Shown piece after piece: positions 28,060-42,502 of a DNA stretch of 64,000 nucleotides. Each line of letters begins with the position of its first letter. Within the stretch, counting starts at the first letter, position 1. The translations under genes and the position numbers were made by a program. Below the pieces are notes generated by a model. It made no database searches. It worked only from the letters and a program-made list of their open reading frames with translations, and was not told the origin of the DNA. This stretch comes from Octopus vulgaris (taxonomy: Eukaryota), in the NCBI GenBank assembly GCA_951406725.2, contig OX597827.1, positions 45,260,001-45,324,000 on the forward strand. The letters run 5' to 3'.

Positions 28060-28346
28060 TCTACCCTAGGCACAAGGTCCGAAATTTTTGGGGAGGGGTC
28101 AGTCGATTAGTTCTATCCCAGTACGCAACTAGTACTTAATTTATCGACCCCAAAAGGATGAAAGGAAAAATCGACCTCGGCAGAATTTGAACTCAGAGCG
28201 TAAAGACAGACAAAATACCTCTAAGCATTCCACCCAGTGTGCTAACGTTTATTTCTTTACTGCCCACAAGGGGCTACACACAGAGGGGACAAACAAGGAC
28301 AGACAAACGGATGAATTCGATTATATCGACCCCAGTGCGTAACTGG
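28060..28346 (-). mobile_element. SINE family B composite: tail-1 stub followed by a tail-2 unit
   Basis: Junction ..CAGTAAAGAAATA|AACGTTAGCAC.. Confidence 0.85.
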
Positions 28347-28877
28347 AATTACACTTTCTGTGCGTAATTGGAATTACACTTTCTGTGTGGACTCGTAACC
28401 CCTTTGAACTGATTTTTTTTTTACAGTTTACATAAAATGTTGAGGATATCAAATATGTTAGCCCTTAATATGTCAAAGTTTGCCATTTAAAAAAATTACC
28501 AAGTTTGAGGTGGTTTTACCAACGATTTGGATATTGTTCCACATTCCCTATTTTCTCAAATTTCTCAAATTTATGTTGGCCTATGCACTCTAGGCTGTAG
28601 CTTGACTGAAAGACAATAGAAAATGTTTCTAAATAAGTTCAAACAGGAGTTAAAAATCTTTTTTGTGAAAGAAGCTATGCTCAATCTTATGATACTAAAA
28701 CAAAGACGTAAATTTCGTTAAATTGACCGGCTTTAAAGAACTATAAAAATTGAGCTATACATTATTTTAAGATCAGGTTTTTTGCCTTGCAATCTCTTTA
28801 GTTTAGAGAACCAGAAAATATGCATTTTAATCATCTGGGGGAGACCTGATAAATTCCCACTCTGGGCACAATGTGCA

Positions 28878-29045
28878 GTACTGACTGTTCTGACCTCGTC
28901 TACAGAATTCGTAATTTTTTCCGTCCAAATGATTTTGAAGACTGCGGAATAAATGATTATCAGATGGGGCGATGTCCGTAAATATGGTGCGTGCAGCATT
29001 GTTTCCTATTCAAACTGCTCCAGCCTTTGGAATATCATCCTCACT
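28878..29045 (-). mobile_element. Mariner transposase C-terminal relic
   Basis: With one frameshift the minus strand reads MLHAPY-(T)DIAPSDNHLFRSLQNHLDGK, the mariner YSPDLAPSD region. Confidence 0.8.
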
Positions 29046-29156
29046 GTATGTCTTCAACACATAAATACACATTCTCTTCTTGTTCTTGCAGCTATTGTTC
29101 CACCGCCGTCGCCACCAACAACAATAACAACAATAACAAATACAACAACAACAACA

Positions 29157-29237
<81 letters not shown>

Positions 29238-29957
29238 ACTTAATATAACCATGTGTCCTCATAAAGCTATTATATTCTGTATCGGTTTTTCTCATAAGTA
29301 TAAGGCTTCAAGTTTGGCGGAGGCAGAAGAGGAGGAATAATGTCAATTATATCAACCCCATTGCATGACTTGTAGTTTATTTTGTCGAACCTTTATCCAG
29401 AAAGATGAAAGGCAAAGCTGAGCCCTGTGAGATTTGAACTCACAATGTCTGTAGTAACTAGATACCCCAAGCCGTTTTGTACGATGCTCTAATGATTTTT
29501 ACCAAGCCACCGCCCTTGCATAATGCACAATGTTTACTGTTGATTACTGTATTTCTTCTTTAAGTATAAGTTTGACAGCTGAATCAAGAGAGAGGAATTA
29601 CAGCTAGATGAAATCTTCCGGCGGTTTAATTGCACAAGTCTCCATGATGTTTCAGCACAAGAGCACCCAGGAGTCATGACTTGGATGCGGCTCGGCTCGG
29701 CTTCCCTAAAGTGTAAGAAGTTAAGGGCCTTGAGGTGGGTTTCTTCTCAGAAAACCTTCCGCTGTTCAGCTCTCTTGAGACTTTCTTACTACCACTGCAG
29801 ATTCTTCTTCATTTTCGTTCCATCCTGGCCAGAGACCTTGGACGGTTCCACAAACATAATTGTTTTTTCTATAAGAAGAAATATTTGCTTCCGTTTTCTT
29901 CACCTGTTTCTCATTTCTGTGTAAAGGGTCCGTGTAGAAGCGGGTCTTCCAAAGGAG

Positions 29958-30063
<106 letters not shown>

Positions 30064-30620
30064 AACCAAACAAACTTTTATTTCAATGAGAAATTAAAGG
30101 GTCACAAACGTAAAGAGCAAAATAGAAATACTTAGTAAGAAACGATTAAAAATATGGAGGATCTACGTGGCCTTTTGAACCAGCTAGAAATAATAGCCAG
30201 CTCACTCTTAAATGAAGATACACTATAGCATCATGAAATTACTCGACCAGTAGCCAACAATCGAATAACGACGACGACGACGACGACGATGAAGATGATC
30301 ATGATCACGACTTCAAAGTCGCTCACAACGATGACGTTAAAATGCGACGATGCAGAGACACATCCTCCGCTGAGAGAGATAAACAAATTTATAAATATGT
30401 ATTTGTGTGTGTGTATGTGTGTGTGTGTGTGTGTTTGTGTGTTTGCGTGACTATGTACACTGAGGAACATGACTTCGATTGTGCGAGTGTGATGACGAAT
30501 TGCATGTGTGAGTGCCATGCTTTATTGATGCACAATTGAAAACTCGGCTGCTAAAAGTGTCTACGTCATCGATTTTCGTTTTATTTAAACACTTTTAGAA
30601 CTAGAGTTTTCAATCGATTG

Positions 30621-30671
<51 letters not shown>

Positions 30672-31257
30672 ATATATATTTACATACACACACATACGTA
30701 CATATATACATACATCATACATAAATACAGACATACACACGTACATAAATATATATATGAACATGTCTAGATATGCAAGTATATACACGAGAAGACAAAA
30801 CATACAAATCTGAACATATACATACATATATGCATACAAAAATACCCTGTTGCTGATGTTGAAATTCCTATGAAGGAATCTTGAATCTAGGTTAGAAACT
30901 GGCTCTTTCTCTACAGGTAAAAAATCCCGAAATAAAACTGAATAATGACATACATACATACAAACATACAAACTTACAATACATACATACATACATACAT
31001 ACATACATACATACATACATAAATACATACATACATACAAACAAACATTTTTTATCCTATATCAATTATAAATAGATTAGTGTTTCACTTCCGGATTCTA
31101 TCACCCTGTGAAAGTTTCTAGTTCGAATCACACGTGTTTCGAGGTGCGCCGAAGATTTTTCTATTTGGATATATTTGGGGTACTTAAGTCTGCTCGGGAC
31201 TTAGTGCTTGCTTTTTCCTTGGGTATGAATAAGTATTTCATTTATATCTCGCGTATG

Positions 31258-31316
31258 TGCCGCTGAAGAGGGGGAAATTTCTTGTGAATTAACCCCGAAA
31301 TTGGACCAATACAGTA
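31258..31316 (+). ncRNA. Type I hammerhead ribozyme motif, stem I partly decayed
   Basis: TGCCG-CTGAAGA-GGGGG..CCCC-GAAA-TTGG-A-CCAA-TA-CAGTA. Confidence 0.55.
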
Positions 31317-32027
31317 ATAACGAATTTTTTAGATATTTCTATCGGTTTATTTCGAGACGCATAAATTTAATGGTTATCGACAATTTTTTTTGTTTCGGCG
31401 TATCTGGCATTAGAATTTTTCTTCTGCCCTTATCTTGTAAATTACATATATACATAAATACGTACATACATTCATACAAACATACATACATAAATACATG
31501 CAAACATAAATACATATATATACATGCATACATACATATATATAAATACATTCATGCATATATATAAAAACATATATTTATATAATATATAATACGTATG
31601 CATACATACATACAAAAGTTCAGGCTCAGTGATAGGTTCCATAATTCACTTCCATAGCAGTGCAGTACGGTGCGGGGAATCAAACCTCGGGACAGGCTTG
31701 TGCACGGAATATGAGCCATAAAACATTATTAATAAAACACAGAAAACATTTTAGGTATTTTACGCTTTAAACGACCACTACACGTTTCAATAAATAAACT
31801 GTTAAGATTACATAATTGCTTGTTGAAAATTATATAATCCTATTAATACGCCCTTTCAGTGCTTAGCAAGAATTACAAAAAGTGGTGTTACGTGCTCAAT
31901 ATATACCCATCTTATGTAAATTGTTTACATGTTTACATCTTTGGTTATGTGGCACGCTTTACAGCGCAGATGTATACTACACGTTTAATCCCTAACCGAA
32001 TGAGATCTTCTTACAGTATAATTTTAA

Positions 32028-32067
<40 letters not shown>

Positions 32068-32083
32068 TATGAATAAATGTGTC

Positions 32084-32138
<55 letters not shown>

Positions 32139-32405
32139 TCGCACGCGCGTGTGTGTAAAGATTTACAGCTTCCCCACTGAACATGTGCTCGTATAAAGAA
32201 ACAGTAAAATAAATACGATGTTCTTCCCAGAGCACATCTCAATTCGTTTATATGTCGTATTATTCACCGGGAGTGCTCATTAATCAATTTCAATTAGAGC
32301 TGTGACTAAAATTTATGTGAAAAAAATAACCAGGAACAGAAGAATTTAGAGATTAAAATATATTAAAAAATATGTATATAGTGTAACCAAAAGCAGTGAA
32401 CATCT

Positions 32406-32465
<60 letters not shown>

Positions 32466-32471
32466 ATCAAT

Positions 32472-32573
<102 letters not shown>

Positions 32574-32574
32574 C

Positions 32575-32640
<66 letters not shown>

Positions 32641-32661
32641 AATCTATCAATATGTATGTAC

Positions 32662-32741
<80 letters not shown>

Positions 32742-32786
32742 ATTTGTGTGTATGTATATGTGTATATGTATGTGTTTGTGTGTGTG

Positions 32787-32824
<38 letters not shown>

Positions 32825-33054
32825 TTTGAGAATATGATTCCAAATTTACAGGGAAAAATTCAATTTAGTAATACTAAATCAAATTTCACAATATATGATA
32901 TATGTATATAAATTACTGAAGAACCACCATGTATCAATTCAACAATGATATAATTAAATCATACCATATAGAAAAAAATTAAAGATACGATAAAACATTT
33001 ACCTAGAACTAAATAAAGTACAAAATAATAAATAAATAATATATAATTAGTAAA

Positions 33055-33139
33055 TAGACTACACGCGTTTCGTGGCGATCTTTTCAAACTGATAACAGTA
33101 AAATCAATTCAATTTAAATATAGTCACTCGTCAGGTCCA
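33055..33139 (-). ncRNA. Type I hammerhead ribozyme motif
   Basis: TGGAC-CTGACGA-GTGAC..(long AT-rich loop)..GCCAC-GAAAC-GCGT-GTA-GTCTA. Core intact, 5-bp stem I, 2-bp stem III, one mismatch in stem II. Confidence 0.7.
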
Positions 33140-33902
33140 AGATAAAAACAAAAAAATTAAATAAATGTACATATATTATCTTATATGAAAATCTAAATAT
33201 ATATAAAAATACGTAATTTTTCAATAAAAAATCGAACAAAATTCAACAATATATATTAATATAAAAACACGAAATATCTTATCAAATATATTCTGTTAAC
33301 TAAATCTTTAAACTTAATACGTAGGACTTATTGTTTGAATTTTAAATATTTTGTTTTAATTACTTGTATTTTAATTTTCCAATAATGATATATTATACTT
33401 TGTTATTTTTTCTTCTATAAGCTAAAATATTTTCATAGATAAAATAAATATTTACATCTATTTATTCTAGTTTTATTTACACCACGTATGTATGTCTATG
33501 TACAGATGTATATGTATCTACATATATATACACGTGTATATATATATGTGTGTTTATATATATATATATGTATATATGATATTATATGATAAACATGCAT
33601 GAGTAGATACATGTATGAATGTATATATGTATGAATGTATGTATGTTTGCATATATATATATATACTTATGTATGAATGCATGTATACATATGCATGCAT
33701 GAATATATGCATATATACGTATATGTGCATGTTGAACATTTAGGGACGTTTCTATATGTATGTATCTATAACAAGATCTTTCTTTCTTCCTTTGTCTTCA
33801 TACGCATATATACACAAACATACACACAAATGACATATGTACGAACGTATGTATGGCTATATATATATGAATATACATACATACATACATACATACATAC
33901 AT

Positions 33903-33954
<52 letters not shown>

Positions 33955-34149
33955 ATATATAACATACTTCAGTATGTGTCTGTGTACGAGTATGTCTGAG
34001 GGTTGTTTTCCAGTAGCCTTACAAGAATCACCACCACCACCACCACCACCACCACCACCACCACCACCACCACCACCACCACCACCACTACAACTACTAC
34101 TACTACTACTACTACTACTACAACAACCACCACCACCACCACCACCACC

Positions 34150-34189
<40 letters not shown>

Positions 34190-34313
34190 TTACTACTACT
34201 ACTAGTAGTACTACTACTAGTAGTACTACTACTACTAGTACTACTATTACCACCATTACCTCCATCATCATCATCATCATCATCATCAACATCATCATCA
34301 TCATCATCATTTA

Positions 34314-34431
<118 letters not shown>

Positions 34432-34779
34432 CATCATCATTGTTTCATACATTTGGGGTTTATGTGCGGAAATTTAAAAATCTAGAACGTGGCTGCTGAA
34501 GTAACTTTGAGATGGAATGGATTATTTCCTGGTACTGGGTCGGAGAGGAGAAATAACCTAAAAGTGCATCAGAAAGAAAAATAAAGAAACAAATAATAAA
34601 TAAAACGCACTAGAAAATAGCGACATTATCTGGTACATATACATACATCTGCATATCCATGTGTAAGCATATAGATGCATATATATATGTGTGTGTGTGT
34701 GCACATGTAGATGCGTGTGTGAGCGCGCATACATGCAAATATATATACATATATATATACATGAATATGCCCCGCACAA

Positions 34780-34841
<62 letters not shown>

Positions 34842-35125
34842 CGCACACACACTTAATGTACATATATGTGTATATATACACCATTTACATACATGCATAT
34901 ATATATATATAAGTATACATATGCATATATATATGTGTGTGTGTATATTTATATATATATGTATATATCTATATATAACCATATTTCTATGTACGCATGT
35001 ATGTACGTACGTATATATGTATGATGTATGTACGTACGTATGCGCATATATATGTATGTATGTACGTATGTATGTACGTATATATTTATGTATGTATGTG
35101 TGTATGTGTGCATGTATGTGTGTAA

Positions 35126-35167
<42 letters not shown>

Positions 35168-35325
35168 CCATGTATGTATATACTGAGAAAGAAGTAAGGA
35201 AATTCAATTTTACGAATAGTCTTTTGGTATGTTCCCTATTTTCTGGTTTCTCGGAAACATTACTAAATACTTTTGAAATAATTTTCAATGAATACTGAAT
35301 ATTCTTTCAATTAATTTCAGTTCTC

Positions 35326-35358
35326 TTTCCGACGAATTCCAAAGAAACTATAGTAAAG
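35326..35358 (+). ncRNA. Minimal hammerhead-like motif (U4C core variant)
   Basis: TTT-CCGACGA-ATTCCAAA-GAAAC-TATA-GTA-AAG. Palindromic stem/loop III ACTATAGT; stem II is weak. Confidence 0.4.
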
Positions 35359-35462
35359 TAATTTGCTTAAACATTCTGTTTTTCAATTTTCTTTTCTTCG
35401 TCATATGCACAGTTTCGCTATTTTTAGTTTCGGATACTCTGTAACGTTGCACATCTGCACAA

Positions 35463-35540
<78 letters not shown>

Positions 35541-35572
35541 CAGTAATAATGAAAAGAACTTCAGCAATATTC

Positions 35573-35785
35573 CTTTCTACTAAAAGCACAAGGCCTGAAA
35601 TTTTTGTGGGAAGGGCTAGTCGATTACATCGACCCCAGTACGCAACTGGTACTTATTTCATCGACTCCGAAAGGATGGAAGATAAAGTCGACCTTGACGG
35701 AATTTGAACTCAGAACGTAAAGACGGACGAAATGCCGCTAAGCTTTTTGCCCGGAGTGATTACCATTTTGCTAGCTCGCCGGCTT
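35573..35785 (-). mobile_element. SINE family B, tail 2
   Basis: Same core, with tail ..AAATTTCAGGCCTTGTGCTTTTAGTAGAAAG. Further copies near 2408-2605, 20512-20650, 22315-22520, 22545-22745, 29300-29515, 41312-41472, 53880-54011, 56745-56870 and 57860-57970. Confidence 0.85.
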
Positions 35786-35818
35786 AACAACAACAACAGC
35801 AACAACAACAACAACAAC

Positions 35819-35852
<34 letters not shown>

Positions 35853-35862
35853 TAATAATAAC

Positions 35863-35893
<31 letters not shown>

Positions 35894-36046
35894 GTAGTAG
35901 TAGTAATAGTAGTAGTAGTAGTAATAATAATAATAATAAAAATAATAATAATATTAATTATGATAATGATAGTGATAATGATAATAATGACAATGATAAT
36001 AATAGTAGTAGTAGTCGTAGTAGTAGTAGTAGTAGTAGTAGTAGTT

Positions 36047-36082
<36 letters not shown>

Positions 36083-36096
36083 ATAATAATAATAAT

Positions 36097-36520
36097 CTCA
36101 TCGATATGACTATCCCAACCGGCATAAATGTATCTGTCAAGACCTACGAAAACTGAGCAAGTTTAAAGATCTTGAGATAGAGATTCGCAAAATGTGGAAC
36201 TTCAAGACTAAAACAATACCTGTTGTCACAGGTGCCCTAAAAATGGGGCTGATTGGTACCAAGCTCAGATACAAGGAAACCCCAAAATGGCAGAAATTTA
36301 AAAGATAGTGCTCATGGGAACTGCCCATATCCTACGTAAAATACTGTCTATGTAATCTCAAATTTTAAAACAGACATAATTTTCTTACGTTTTCTAAAAC
36401 ATTCTCTAGAACAATATTATGTACAAAACCAAAGTATATGACACCCTAGGCATAACACCAGCTTGAACTGGGTGAGACCTGGAGTGAGCTTGTACAAATA
36501 AGAAGCAAAAGTCAAACATA
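36097..36520 (+). mobile_element. 3' stub of an RLE-type LINE (R4/Dong-like) in (TAA)n
   Basis: Decayed frame LIDMTIP..K.SKFKDLEIEIRKMWNFKTKTIPVVTGAL..KIVLMGTAHILRKILSM*, typical of a restriction-like endonuclease C-terminus. TAA-type repeats on both sides. Confidence 0.8.
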
Positions 36521-36525
36521 TAATG

Positions 36526-36608
<83 letters not shown>

Positions 36609-36634
36609 AAGAACAACAACAACAACAATAATAA

Positions 36635-37195
36635 TTGCCCTGATGCAGTACCAGGCAGTGGCTCACGTTGCTTCTGATCTTAACTGATTGGAAGTGTTAT
36701 CATGTACATTGTTTTGTCTTGGTATAAAAGATGGGCTACGGCAAATATTCTGCTCAATACCACAGTTTTGCTTGTCAGTTGTTTGACCTTAACCAGTTGA
36801 GCATGTCCCGTAGTGGCTGACGATATGTACATCTCTGATCACGAGCAGAAGTAGAGGGGGAGCATCATAGCTATGAATTGAGAGGGATTCTTTGGGGTTT
36901 GAATAATTCACCTCTGGAAACATGGGTATTTCGTTCAACATCCTTAAAAAACCCTTATTCAGTGACCTTTTGAGCGGGATGGGCTACTCGACCAGACGAA
37001 AATTCTAACTGGGCCCCCACCTGCAAGGTCATGCGCTGTTTATATTGATATGAGATCACCATGTCGCGCACATATGGTTGTGATGCATGTGCCTAGTGTA
37101 CCCTTATCAGACGGGTGGTCATGATGAGTATACTGGGCTTCGTATATTTGTACCCCAGTGTCACTTTGATGGCATGCACTGCTCTCTCAATCAAT
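36635..37195 (+). repeat. About 560-bp non-coding interspersed segment bounded by (TAA)n; probable LINE 3'UTR
   Basis: Complex sequence with sharp borders between TAA-type microsatellites and no ORF. Strand and identity are inferred. Confidence 0.4.
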
Positions 37196-37199
37196 AATG

Positions 37200-37276
<77 letters not shown>

Positions 37277-37541
37277 TGCTTTAAACCGATACTTCGAAGT
37301 CACTGTCAAAGTTTTCCTTATTAAAATAAAATGTGATTTTTTTTACTCCTGTACTGTAAAGTATTGGGTGATCCTTCAATTTAATGATGAAAATATTTTT
37401 TATTTGTAATTTTACAATAAAATGAAAGAAAATAAAAACGGACACATGTATGTGATGTATACTTATATTTACAAATATATATTTATGCATAAATACATTT
37501 ATATATTTGTAAATATACACACTCAAGCACACATACACACG

Positions 37542-37589
<48 letters not shown>

Positions 37590-37665
37590 CATATATATAT
37601 ATATATATATGAGTGGAAAGATTTATTTTAAGAAAAGAAAATTAAGATGGTTGCTTACAATTGTA

Positions 37666-38228
37666 TTGGGTTGTCCGGAAAGTTCGTGCCGATTTATAGC
37701 AGCATACCTTTCGACTTATTTTAGAACATGGTTGAGTCCATAAAATAGGATTTGACTACACCTCCATTTAGAGCACTGTTTAAGCTATCTTTTCGTGGAA
37801 GAAGGTTTATGTTCCTACAACCTGTGTTAATTCTCTAACTCTTTAAAATGGAAGATAAGAAAGTTCATTTTCGGCACTTGATACTTTGGGAACCAGACAA
37901 ACATTGCTACAGCTCGGCTGGGATGTGGTACCCCACCCTCCTTATTCACCAGATATTGCTCCTTCGGATTTCCACTTAACAGGTCTCTGCAGAATAGTCT
38001 TTTGGTAAAAATTTCAATTCCTTGGATGATGTAAAAAGATACCTTGATGAATTCTTTGCCATGAAACCACCTCAATTCTGAGAAGAGGGTATTTTCAAGT
38101 TAAAGGAAAGATGGAGACGCATTGTGCAGCAAAATGGTTCATATTTGGTTGATTAAAAATGTAATGGCAAGTATTTATTGACCTTTTTATTTCTTTAAAA
38201 ATCAGCACGAACTTTCCGGACAACCCAA
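37666..38228 (+). mobile_element. Internally deleted mariner DNA transposon
   Basis: About 30-bp TIRs TTGGGTTGTCCGGAAAGTTCGTGCCGATTT, TA duplication at 37664-65 and 38229-30. ATG at 37848 (MEDKKVHFRHLILWE) is fused to the C-terminal HPPYSPDIAPSDFHL..ERWRRIVQQNGSY. Confidence 0.95.
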
Positions 38229-39646
38229 TAGAAAGAATTCTATGAAATGAATAATGAATGTATTAAATAAGTGAAAGTAAAATTCTAGTGTTAGCGGAGT
38301 GAATGTGCAAAGAAAGAAGTTGAGAGTAAAATATGGTCAGTTAAATTGGGAAATAGCTCGAATAGTTTCTCAATTGAGTTTATCGAGGTCAAAGAGTTTG
38401 TGAAGAATTTTGAAGTAGGTGAATTTTGTTTTGTTTTTTTTTGCGTGACTTTTTTATGTGTGTGTGTGAGAGAGAGAGGAGTGGAGATGTGTGTGTGTGT
38501 CTGTGTGTGTGTGTGATTGCGTTTGTATGTTTCTTTGCTTTGCTTTGTATGTGTGTAAGAGTGTTTATCTGTATTTGCTTATTTATTTCTTTGCTATTGC
38601 AGTTCATATGTGTGCATGTTATTGTGCATGTGTGTGTGAATGTGTGTGTTGGTATGTTTTTTTGCTTTGTTCTGTATATGTGTAAGAGCGTTTATTTGTT
38701 TGTGTATGTGAGGGTGATGGAGTCTTTATTTGTTGTAAACACGCACAAATATGCATCAAGACCCCCACTTCCGACACAAAATTGCTCTCTCGCACGCACA
38801 CACACATACACACACATACACATACACACACAATTACATATGGACACAAGATTATACACATAAAAGAACACCACAACAATTGTAAATACAAAATATACAT
38901 TGGTAAATATCAAATACACATACTAAATACATACACAAATATATTCAGAAAGTTTAAACTTTTATAATTTTTCGGATTTTAAAAAATCTAATTCATTACG
39001 TGAACTTTTCCTCATACTTAAAAAAAAATTCACACAAATAAATCGAAATAGAAATAAATGGATTCATCCATATACACACATATACGTACTCACACAAACG
39101 TAAGCGACAGTACACAAATACACATACATGCGCAAACATGCATACACGGAAGAACTAAGATCTCAATGAGGTATTAACATGCACAATCGAGCACAAAGAC
39201 GTAATAAGAAAGCATTCCACTAAAAAACTAAAATTAATTACACATTCTTTAATCCCCTTCACAATGTTCTTGGCCTCAATAAGTTCAATACAAAACTAGT
39301 GCAGCAATTCCCCCCATTCAACTGACCATTTTGTACTTTCACTTTCATTCTTTGTCAACTCACACCGGCATCACTAATCTTCCATCTTATTTTTCAGAAT
39401 TTTATCCAATACATCAAAATAATTAAAAACATTATTTCTCATATAGAATTCTTCTCACAAATTTTAAAGAACCACTGTTGACTCCCATTTTCTAAAAGTG
39501 AAAGTTTTCCATTATTTTCTCTGCAGAAAGCCTTGCAAAAATATTTTTTCATTACGAGTTGAATAATCCTTCAGGTGGAATTTAATCTCCGTCAAAACAA
39601 ATTTTATACTAAATTTCTATCAAAATATCAATTCAGAAATTACAAC

Positions 39647-39701
<55 letters not shown>

Positions 39702-39949
39702 GTTGTGTACATTTGCGTGTGTGTGCTTTGTATGCATGTTCATGTATATATGTGTATATGTGTGTGTCTGTGTGTGTGTATGTGTATATACATTTGACAC
39801 AAACGTAACACGTTTAAATGAAGTGTTTTTCATTTAAAATGCTCGACGAGTAATGAAAAGTTAATTGAGAGTTTAACATAGTGAAATGTAAATAAATAAA
39901 CACACACACACACAAACAGTCATACACACACACACACACACACACTCAC

Positions 39950-39994
<45 letters not shown>

Positions 39995-40144
39995 TAACGA
40001 AAATTTAATTCAGAATTGAACATAGTGAAATGTAAAGAACAAAACACACACACGCGCGCGCTCACACATGCACACACAAACACACGTACATACACACATA
40101 TACATACGTACACACGCGTATACGTTTACATACATTATATAGCT

Positions 40145-40645
40145 ACATGTGGTTGTGTGGTAAGAAGTTTGCTTCTGAACAACATGGTTTCGAGTTCAAT
40201 ACTGCTGCGTGGTAATTTGGGCACGTTTCTGTGGTTTGATATTCTTTTCTACTCTAGGCACAAGGCTCGAAATTTTGGAGGAAGAGCCAGTCGATTAGAT
40301 CAACCCTGTACGCAACTGTTACTTAATTTATCGACACCGAAAGGATGAAAGGCAAAGTCGACCTCGGCGGACTAAAGCTTTATCAGTGGATCTGGTAAGC
40401 ATATATATATATATATATATATATATATCTGTGTGTGTATGTGTGTGTATCTTTGTATCTGTGTTTGTCCCCGCTTGATGTTTGCTTGCTTACGTCCCCG
40501 TAATTTAGCTGTGCGACAAAAGAGGCCAATGGAATAAGTACCAGGCTTTTAAAAAGTACTGGAATTGATTCGTTCGAAAAAATACATCATCATCAAGGCT
40601 TTGTCCCAGCATGGGCACAGTTTAAGACTGAAGCAAGTAAAAGAC
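40145..40645 (+). mobile_element. SINE family A interrupted by a family B fragment (about 40243-40370, minus strand)
   Basis: Family A head, then an inverted family B tail and body, then the rest of family A. Confidence 0.75.
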
Positions 40646-40646
40646 A

Positions 40647-40703
<57 letters not shown>

Positions 40704-40749
40704 ACACACACACATATATATACACACAATACTGCTGTATACTTCAGAC

Positions 40750-40980
40750 CAGTGGTTCCCAAACTTCTTCGGCCTACCGTCCCTTTGATACCCAGTCCAC
40801 ATTCCTACTGTCCCCACACCAACAAATTCAAAGTAGCTGTATTTCACAAATAAAACTTAACCTAATGGACCCATTATTTTTTTATTGTTTTTGCATGAGT
40901 TGCCACCTCATTATCAACCCAATTTTCTTCAACTTTCCAACGACCCAGTGGGGTAATACTGCCCACTTTGAGAACCACTG
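40750..40980. mobile_element. hAT (Charlie-like) MITE
   Basis: TIRs CAGTGGTTCCCAAA and TTTGAGAACCACTG. The 8-bp flanks CTTCAGAC and ATTTAGAG both resemble an NTCTAGAN target. Confidence 0.8.
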
Positions 40981-41015
40981 ATTTAGAGTGTGCTTTTTCG
41001 GATATATGATACATT

Positions 41016-41056
<41 letters not shown>

Positions 41057-41111
41057 CACACACACACACACATATATATATATACACAGACACACGCATA
41101 CACACATATGT

Positions 41112-41170
<59 letters not shown>

Positions 41171-41171
41171 A

Positions 41172-41253
<82 letters not shown>

Positions 41254-41959
41254 GTTGTGTGTGTGTGAGTGTGCATGATTATGCTGATTTTAGAATATCA
41301 AACTACACTATTTCGTTTGTCTTTACGTTCTGAGTTCAAATTCCACCGAGTCCAACTTTACCTTTCATCCTTTCAGGGTCGATAAATTAAGTACCAGTTG
41401 CGTACTGGAGTCGATCTATTCGACTGCCCCCCTCCCCCAAATTTCGGGTCTTGTGCCTAGAGTAGAAAAGAATATCAAAACCCACTTTACTTCTACTAAT
41501 GTTATCTTACGCATTACTCCAATAATATTTACGCTCAAACAGACGCACTGTGTATTGACTAAATGAATTCAGTCGTTATACGTTGAAAATATGTTCGAAA
41601 TTAGGCCAAACAAGATTTTATTTTGGTGTTTCCTTGTATTATCTTTGGCTCCGTCAATTTCTTTCATCGAACTTTTAGCTCCCAGCAACCTTAAATTAGT
41701 TACCTATATTCAGTTATTTACTATAACCACTTTTCTCCATTCTGCGACGTCGCCGTTGTTCCACCCATCCAGCTTGTACAACCACCAAAGAATTTGGTTT
41801 GTCTGTGTTTGTCAAGTATGTTTTATTTTTAATCCATCTGGATTTCTTCTGGATTTGCAATGTTTTCTTAATTGATCGATTCTCTGTTTACTTTAGTTTA
41901 TCTTCAAATGATGAAGTTGGAAAGTTTGCAAGTCTGCAAGTGTGCAGCATGTGTATACA

Positions 41960-42004
<45 letters not shown>

Positions 42005-42203
42005 GCACACACACGTATATATATTTACATACATATATATATATGTATATATAAGAATATATATATATATACATACATACACATACACGCACTTATATAC
42101 ACACAAATAAGCAAACAAACACACACACATACACACACATATATACATATATACATACATGCTTACTTACATGCATACATATGTATGTGTGCGTGTGTAT
42201 ATG

Positions 42204-42241
<38 letters not shown>

Positions 42242-42242
42242 G

Positions 42243-42319
<77 letters not shown>

Positions 42320-42468
42320 ATACATAATGTATCTGTTTCAGTGCATATGTGCATATAAGCCGATAGGCTAAACTTGAAATCGTGGTCAACTGAAGATTCT
42401 ACTTTCAGTATAGATTCATATCATCAGTTAACACTAACAAACATATGTGCATGTATAAATACATGTTA

Positions 42469-42502
<34 letters not shown>

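Noticed and set aside
42385-42432. CTGAAGA and CTGATGA motifs on opposite strands
   Set aside because: Explained by a short imperfect inverted repeat; hammerhead stems do not form.
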